Origin: Bradyrhizobium sp.
GTDB taxonomy: Bacteria > Pseudomonadota > Alphaproteobacteria > Rhizobiales > Xanthobacteraceae
Assembly: GCA_052143915.1 (NCBI GenBank)
Contig: JBKQRS010000288.1
Coordinates: 405 to 64,404, forward strand
Direction of reading: 5' to 3'
Length of the DNA stretch: 64,000 nucleotides
Shown here: positions 59,315 to 64,000 of the stretch, piece after piece
How the letters are laid out: each line of letters starts with the position of its first letter
Numbering within the stretch: position 1 is the first letter of the stretch
Notes under the pieces: model-generated
Databases searched by the model: none
What the model was told of the DNA's origin: nothing
Seen by the model: the letters and a program-made list of their open reading frames with translations, nothing else
Position numbers and translations under genes: made by a program

Positions 59315-60511
59315 ATGATGTGGGAATCCATACTGACCGAATGGGCAAGCCTGATCCTGCGCTGGTTGCATGTGGTGGCCGCGGTCGGGTGGATCGGCAG
59401 TTCATTCTATTTCATTCACCTCGACCTTAGCCTGAAACCGCGCAGCGATTTGCCCGATGGCGTTTACGGCGATGCCTGGCAAGTCCATGGCGGCGGCTTT
59501 TATCGGATCATGAAATATCTGGTCGCACCCGCCAAAATGCCCGACGAGCTGACCTGGTTCAAATGGGAAGCCTATACCACCTGGTTGTCCGGCTTTGCCC
59601 TGATGGTCGTTGTCTACTATCTCGATGCGGAACTATTCCTGGTCGACAAATCGATCCTCAACCTGACACCGCTGCAGGCCGGAATGTTCAGCCTGTGCAG
59701 CCTCGCTCTCGCCTGGCTGCTGTATGAGGGCGCGTGCAGATCGGGATTGGCCCGGCATGAACTGCCCTTTGCGCTTGGCGGATACGTATTCCTGGTCGGC
59801 CTCACCTATGCATTCACTCACGTGCTGAGTGGACGCGGCGCCTTCAATCAGATCGGGGCGATCGTCGGAACGATCATGGTCGCCAACGTGTTCGTGGTGA
59901 TCATTCCGAACCAGAAGAAAATCGTTACCGCCTTGCTGGCCGGTCAATCGCCCGACCCGAAACTCGGCCTGCAAGGCAAACAGCGATCGGTTCACAACAA
60001 TTACCTGACGTTGCCGGTGATCGTGCTGATGATCAGCAACCACTATCCGCTGCTGTTCGCCACGCGCTATAATTGGCTGATCGTTGCGATCGTCCTCGCG
60101 CTCGGTCCGATCATCCGGCATTTCTTCAACGAGCGCCACGCGGGGCGGAAATCGCCGTGGTGGGTATGGGGGATCGCCGGTGCCGGCATGATCGCCATTG
60201 CGCTGCTGTCCGCGGCCGGTCCTCGCGAGATCAAGACCGGGGCATTATCGCCAGCCCCGACCTTCGCCAACGTCGAAGAGATCGTCATGTCACGGTGCAG
60301 TATGTGCCATGGCGCAGAGCCAGTCTGGGAATCCATTGTCACGGCGCCCAAAGGCATTCTGCTCGACCAAGCCGATCATATCCGCCGCAACGCGCGCCTG
60401 ATTGGACGTAACGCGGCATGGTCGAGCGCGATGCCGCCGGGCAACGTAACCGAGATGACCGGCGAAGAGCGGGCGCTGATCGCGGCATGGCTCGGAGCCG
60501 GCGGGCGGTAA
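59315..60511 (+). CDS. puuD: Membrane urate hydroxylase PuuD with C-terminal cytochrome c
   Basis: WIGSSFYF, VHGGGFY, WFKWEAY, RSVHNNY, SNHYP, CSMCH. Confidence 0.9.
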   Translation: MMWESILTEWASLILRWLHVVAAVGWIGSSFYFIHLDLSLKPRSDLPDGVYGDAWQVHGGGFYRIMKYLVAPAKMPDELTWFKWEAYTTWLSGFALMVVVYYLDAELFLVDKSILNLTPLQAGMFSLCSLALAWLLYEGACRSGLARHELPFALGGYVFLVGLTYAFTHVLSGRGAFNQIGAIVGTIMVANVFVVIIPNQKKIVTALLAGQSPDPKLGLQGKQRSVHNNYLTLPVIVLMISNHYPLLFATRYNWLIVAIVLALGPIIRHFFNERHAGRKSPWWVWGIAGAGMIAIALLSAAGPREIKTGALSPAPTFANVEEIVMSRCSMCHGAEPVWESIVTAPKGILLDQADHIRRNARLIGRNAAWSSAMPPGNVTEMTGEERALIAAWLGAGGR

Positions 60512-60582
60512 CGACAACGGCGGACTTCGTCGACCGTCGAACCACCCGGAAGCCGTCCCGCGGTGCCCATCAAGATGCTCGA

Positions 60583-61788
60583 TCAGCGCCTTCCGTAACA
60601 GTGGAAGCCGCCGTAAATTCCCGATCGGTCCTGCGCAAAGCCGACCGCGCTTCGTTCCTCGTCTCGACGCCAGATCTGACGCAGCGACGCGAGTTCTGCG
60701 CCTTCCAGCGGGGATTCAACGCCGGCGGTACGAAAGATCACGCGAACATCGTCGCTGCCGGTGCGGTCGATCGCATTCCACAACGCGCGGATTTCTTCCG
60801 GCGCCATCCAATCCTGCGAGTCCAGCAAGACGACGGCATCGACTTCGCGGGCCGGAAGGCTTTCCAGGAACAGCCGAAGATTGGCATGAACCGGAATGAT
60901 CAGTCCCGCGCCGTCGCGCATGCGCTCAAACTGGCAAGCTTGCAAATAGGGTGGCAGGCAGCGATCGCCGGGACCGGGGTAGCCGCGATGCAGCGCCTGC
61001 CAGGCAAAATAGTTCGTCTCGTTGGGATGACCATTGATCAGGCGCAGCAGCCGTTCGTGCAGCACCTCGTTGAGCGGCGCGCCGCCGCCCAGCAATGCTC
61101 GTTGCTGCGGCGGAATGCCGAGGCTGAACAGCAAGGCCGGGGTGCCGGTGATCAGCCGGGCCAATGGCGAGTGAAACAGGAGATCCAGACGGCTCAGCGC
61201 CTCGATGCGCTCGGGCGCGTCCGGTTTGCCGTTCAAGAGCGCGGAGAGGTCGACGCTTGCGAATTTCGCCACCAAATGGGCAAGGCCGATGAAGCGGCCG
61301 AGCATGCCGTGGCGGTAGAACCCGTCCGTGAAATAGGCATGCCGCGGACGCCCTATGATGTTGCGCTTGTCCCAATAGGCGCGGGCTTCAGCGTCAAGCA
61401 TCGGCCGCAGCCGCTCGCGATAGAGCTCGGAGTTGGCGGGCGAGGCAGCCTCGCCGAAGAACTTCCAGAAGTCGGCATAGTCGGAGAAGACGCGAATGGC
61501 TGCAAGCTTGAGCTTGAGCAATGAAAGGTGGGCTTCATTGAGGTCGACCGCATAGACCTGAGCCGGTTGCGCGGTGAGATACGACAGCGCGTTGCATCCG
61601 CCGGACGAGATGGTGACGATCGTTGATCCCAGAGGCAATCGCAGCGCCGCGAGATCGGCTACCGGGTCTTCCCAGATCTGGGTATAGACCAGACGGCGAA
61701 ACCAGAACGCGAAAAGCCTGTCCCAAATGGTCGCTTCACCCTCGCCCCTGCTGTTGCGGACTGCGTCCGCGATAAGCTGCGTGTTCAT
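60583..61788 (-). CDS. btaA: SAM:diacylglycerol 3-amino-3-carboxypropyl transferase (DGTS synthesis)
   Basis: LVYTQIWEDP, SGGCN, VDLN, NYFAWQA, LDSQDW, DRSGIYGGF. Confidence 0.85.
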   Translation of the reverse strand: MNTQLIADAVRNSRGEGEATIWDRLFAFWFRRLVYTQIWEDPVADLAALRLPLGSTIVTISSGGCNALSYLTAQPAQVYAVDLNEAHLSLLKLKLAAIRVFSDYADFWKFFGEAASPANSELYRERLRPMLDAEARAYWDKRNIIGRPRHAYFTDGFYRHGMLGRFIGLAHLVAKFASVDLSALLNGKPDAPERIEALSRLDLLFHSPLARLITGTPALLFSLGIPPQQRALLGGGAPLNEVLHERLLRLINGHPNETNYFAWQALHRGYPGPGDRCLPPYLQACQFERMRDGAGLIIPVHANLRLFLESLPAREVDAVVLLDSQDWMAPEEIRALWNAIDRTGSDDVRVIFRTAGVESPLEGAELASLRQIWRRDEERSAVGFAQDRSGIYGGFHCYGRR

Positions 61789-61830
61789 CCATCCCTCGAA
61801 TCAACAATTTGACAAGGGTATCGCGGGCTC

Positions 61831-61848
61831 GCTGCAGTTTTGCGACAG
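61831..61848 (-). promoter_or_regulatory. Putative Pho box for btaA
   Basis: Minus strand CTGTCGC-AAAA-CTGCAGC, 11-bp period. Confidence 0.5.
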
Positions 61849-61923
61849 TCGGCGGAAGCGAAGATCGTCGCGGAGTTGCGCCGTAAGCCGGTATTTTTAC
61901 GGTTTACTGCCGTGCGTATCCGT

Positions 61924-61941
61924 CTGTCACATCCCTGTCGC
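61924..61941 (+). promoter_or_regulatory. Putative Pho box for btaB
   Basis: CTGTCAC-ATCC-CTGTCGC versus consensus CTGTCAT-N4-CTGTCAT. Confidence 0.65.
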
Positions 61942-61989
61942 GCGAACATCGCAAGGAGAGAACGATCACAGCCAAGATGAGGTGTATGG

Positions 61990-62694
61990 ATGTCCGCGTA
62001 TTCCCGGGATATCGGCGCAGATTCCTCCTGGCCGGTCGAAGCAACACGCCGCATGAACCGGATGTATCGCCGGCAACGGCACATCTATGACGGAACACGG
62101 CGGTATTATCTGCTCGGTCGCGACCAGATGATATCGGGCCTGCGGCCGGATCCGGGCGCGAGCGTGCTGGAAATCGGCTGTGGAACCGGCAGAAACCTGG
62201 TTTTGGCGGCCCGGCTTTACCCGGATGCACGATTCTTCGGCATCGATGTCTCGACCGAAATGTTGACCTCCGCCATCGCGGCCATCTCGCGTGCCCGCCT
62301 CACCGGCCACGTAAGGGTTGCGCATGGCGATGCAACGGCGTTTGACCCGCAGCGCTTGTTCGACATCCCCGCGTTCGACCATGTGATGATTTCCTATAGT
62401 CTTTCGATGATCCCCGACTGGCGCCGCGTTCTCGGCGCGGCCGCCGCTCGCATCAAACCTAGCGGCCGTCTGCACTTGGTCGATTTCGGCCGTCAGGAGC
62501 GGTTGCCGGGAATAGCCCGCACGCTCCTGCGGCAATGGCTTGCGATGTTCGACGTCGCGCCGCGCGACGACCTCGAGCACGAGTTGTCGGCGATGGCTAA
62601 CAGCGCCGGAGCCAAACTAAGGTTCGCGCGCCCATTCCGTGGCTATGCCCAATATGGCGTGCTGACATTTCCGCCGGAGCCGAGGAAACCGTGA
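61990..62694 (+). CDS. btaB: SAM:diacylglycerylhomoserine N-methyltransferase
   Basis: QRHIYD.TRRYYLLGRD, LEIGCGTGRN, SYSLSMIP, VDFG. Confidence 0.85.
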   Translation: MSAYSRDIGADSSWPVEATRRMNRMYRRQRHIYDGTRRYYLLGRDQMISGLRPDPGASVLEIGCGTGRNLVLAARLYPDARFFGIDVSTEMLTSAIAAISRARLTGHVRVAHGDATAFDPQRLFDIPAFDHVMISYSLSMIPDWRRVLGAAAARIKPSGRLHLVDFGRQERLPGIARTLLRQWLAMFDVAPRDDLEHELSAMANSAGAKLRFARPFRGYAQYGVLTFPPEPRKP

Positions 62695-63014
62695 GCCCGT
62701 GGCTTGCATTGGTGGCGGCGGGACTGCTTGAGATCGCCTGGGCGTTTGGCTTGAAATATTCCGATGGTCTCACCCGGTTTTGGCCAACCGCCGCAACCGT
62801 GGTCGCGATCCTGGCGAGCTTCGCCCTGATGGCGCTTGCACTGCGGTCACTGCCGTTTGGCACCGCGTATGCGGTATGGACGGGAATAGGTGCCGCCGGG
62901 AGCATCATTGTCGGAATGGTGATCTTCAGCGAGCCGACGGATCCGGTTCGAATCATTTGCCTCACGCTGATCGTCGCCGGGATGGTTGGGCTCAAGCTCA
63001 ATTCGCCCGTATGA
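62691..63014 (+). CDS. sugE: SMR-family exporter, SugE/Gdx subtype
   Basis: AGLLEIAWA..LK, GTAYAVWTGIG; four TM segments; GTGA overlap with btaB. Confidence 0.75.
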   Translation: MSPWLALVAAGLLEIAWAFGLKYSDGLTRFWPTAATVVAILASFALMALALRSLPFGTAYAVWTGIGAAGSIIVGMVIFSEPTDPVRIICLTLIVAGMVGLKLNSPV

Positions 63015-63030
63015 GATGACGACAGCGGCG

Positions 63031-63993
63031 TTAAGGATTTCGTCTCGCGCGCAAGCTTCTCCACCCCTCCACGCCGCCGAACAGGCCAAGCGCGATCACG
63101 AAGGGAAGGAAGTGATACAACAGCCGGAACATGAGGAGTGCCGCAATCAGCGGCTCCTTGTCGTTGCTGCCAAGCCCGATCAGAATCGTTGCATCGAACA
63201 CACCGATTCCCGCCGGCGTGTGGCTCGCAAAGCCCAGCAAGGTCGCGGCGATGAAGACGGCGGCAATCGGGACGATCCCGATACTCGGCCCCGCCGGAAT
63301 CAGCACGTACATCGCCAGCGACGCCGCACCGAGATCGAAAATCCCGATCACGATCTGCAGCAGCACCATCGGTCCGGATGGGAGCCTGACCGGCCACCGC
63401 CTTGTCCCGATGTTTCTGGGAGCAAACCAGCACCAGGCAAGGAAGCCGACAACCCCGAGAAGCAGCGCGGCTGCCAGCCATTGATTGACCTGCGGCGGCA
63501 GGAAGTCGACCACGCTGATGGCGTCGGGCGCATAAAGCAGGCCGAACCCGAGGGCCGTCAGATTGCCCAGCCAGAAGGTGAGCCCCGTCAGAAAGCAGAT
63601 ATTCGCCACATCGAACGCGCCAAGGCCACTATACGAATAGATTCGATAACGGATGACGGGCGAAATCAGCGAAACCGCTCCGACGCCGTGCGCAATCGGA
63701 TAGCTGGTGAAACTCGCAAGCGCTGCGATCCGATACGGAACCTCAGTGCGACCGATCGTACGAAGCGCCAGCAGGTCATAGAGCGTCAGGCTGCCGTACG
63801 AGGTGACCACCAGCGCCGCGGCCAGCGCAACGAGGCCGGCATTTGTACGCCGGACGACATCGAACACTTCGTCGTAATTGACGTTCTTGAGCATATGCGT
63901 CAGCGCGAAAATCGCCGCCGCGGCGATGGCAATGCCGATGACGATGCCGAGGCCCTTCAGCCGGATGCCGCTGCCCAGCGGCTTGGGGAGCAC
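63031..63993 (-). CDS. Lysylphosphatidylglycerol-synthase-TM/YbhN-like membrane protein; start may lie beyond the window
   Basis: YDLLAL, RYRIYS, SHTPAGIGVFD, FRLLY..LP. Confidence 0.75.
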   Translation of the reverse strand: MLPKPLGSGIRLKGLGIVIGIAIAAAAIFALTHMLKNVNYDEVFDVVRRTNAGLVALAAALVVTSYGSLTLYDLLALRTIGRTEVPYRIAALASFTSYPIAHGVGAVSLISPVIRYRIYSYSGLGAFDVANICFLTGLTFWLGNLTALGFGLLYAPDAISVVDFLPPQVNQWLAAALLLGVVGFLAWCWFAPRNIGTRRWPVRLPSGPMVLLQIVIGIFDLGAASLAMYVLIPAGPSIGIVPIAAVFIAATLLGFASHTPAGIGVFDATILIGLGSNDKEPLIAALLMFRLLYHFLPFVIALGLFGGVEGWRSLRARRNP

Positions 63994-64000
63994 AGTGACT

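Noticed and set aside
62600-62691. Guanidine riboswitch upstream of sugE
   Set aside because: The upstream sequence is btaB coding region and I see no ykkC or mini-ykkC motif.

Overview
GC-rich alphaproteobacterial chromosome segment. The dispersed palindromic repeats and gene content suggest Bradyrhizobium or a close relative (inference). It is entirely metabolic and transport genes; I found no rRNA, tRNA, CRISPR, transposase or phage genes and no recognisable transcription-factor gene. Blocks: (i) 0.9-12.4 kb, a TPP enzyme, two FAD oxidases, an epimerase remnant, a GNAT, and a Liv-type ABC operon with a beta-decarboxylating dehydrogenase. (ii) 12.6-18.8 kb, a non-canonical Sox-like operon: IorAB-type molybdoenzyme, FccB/SoxF, SoxX, a SoxY paralogue with an AACTE arm instead of GGCGG, SoxZ and SoxA, with no soxB or soxCD in the window. 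(iii) Adenylate cyclase, MmgE/PrpD and a Bug/TctC receptor. (iv) ~23.7-60.5 kb, a partly sigma54-driven purine/ureide nitrogen-scavenging region: triuret- and biuret-hydrolase-like enzymes, allantoate amidohydrolase, two BMP ABC systems, a deaminase, a Tsx-like porin, 8-oxoguanine deaminase, an XDH-family enzyme, a urate permease, a UraD-UraH fusion, PuuE, DUF3830 and PuuD. (v) Divergent btaA/btaB betaine-lipid genes with Pho boxes, an SMR exporter and an MprF-like membrane protein. The best candidates for an undescribed system are the molybdoenzyme-coupled Sox-paralogue operon and the apparent oxidised-purine/triuret salvage regulon. All family calls come from recognising motifs by eye; no searches were run.
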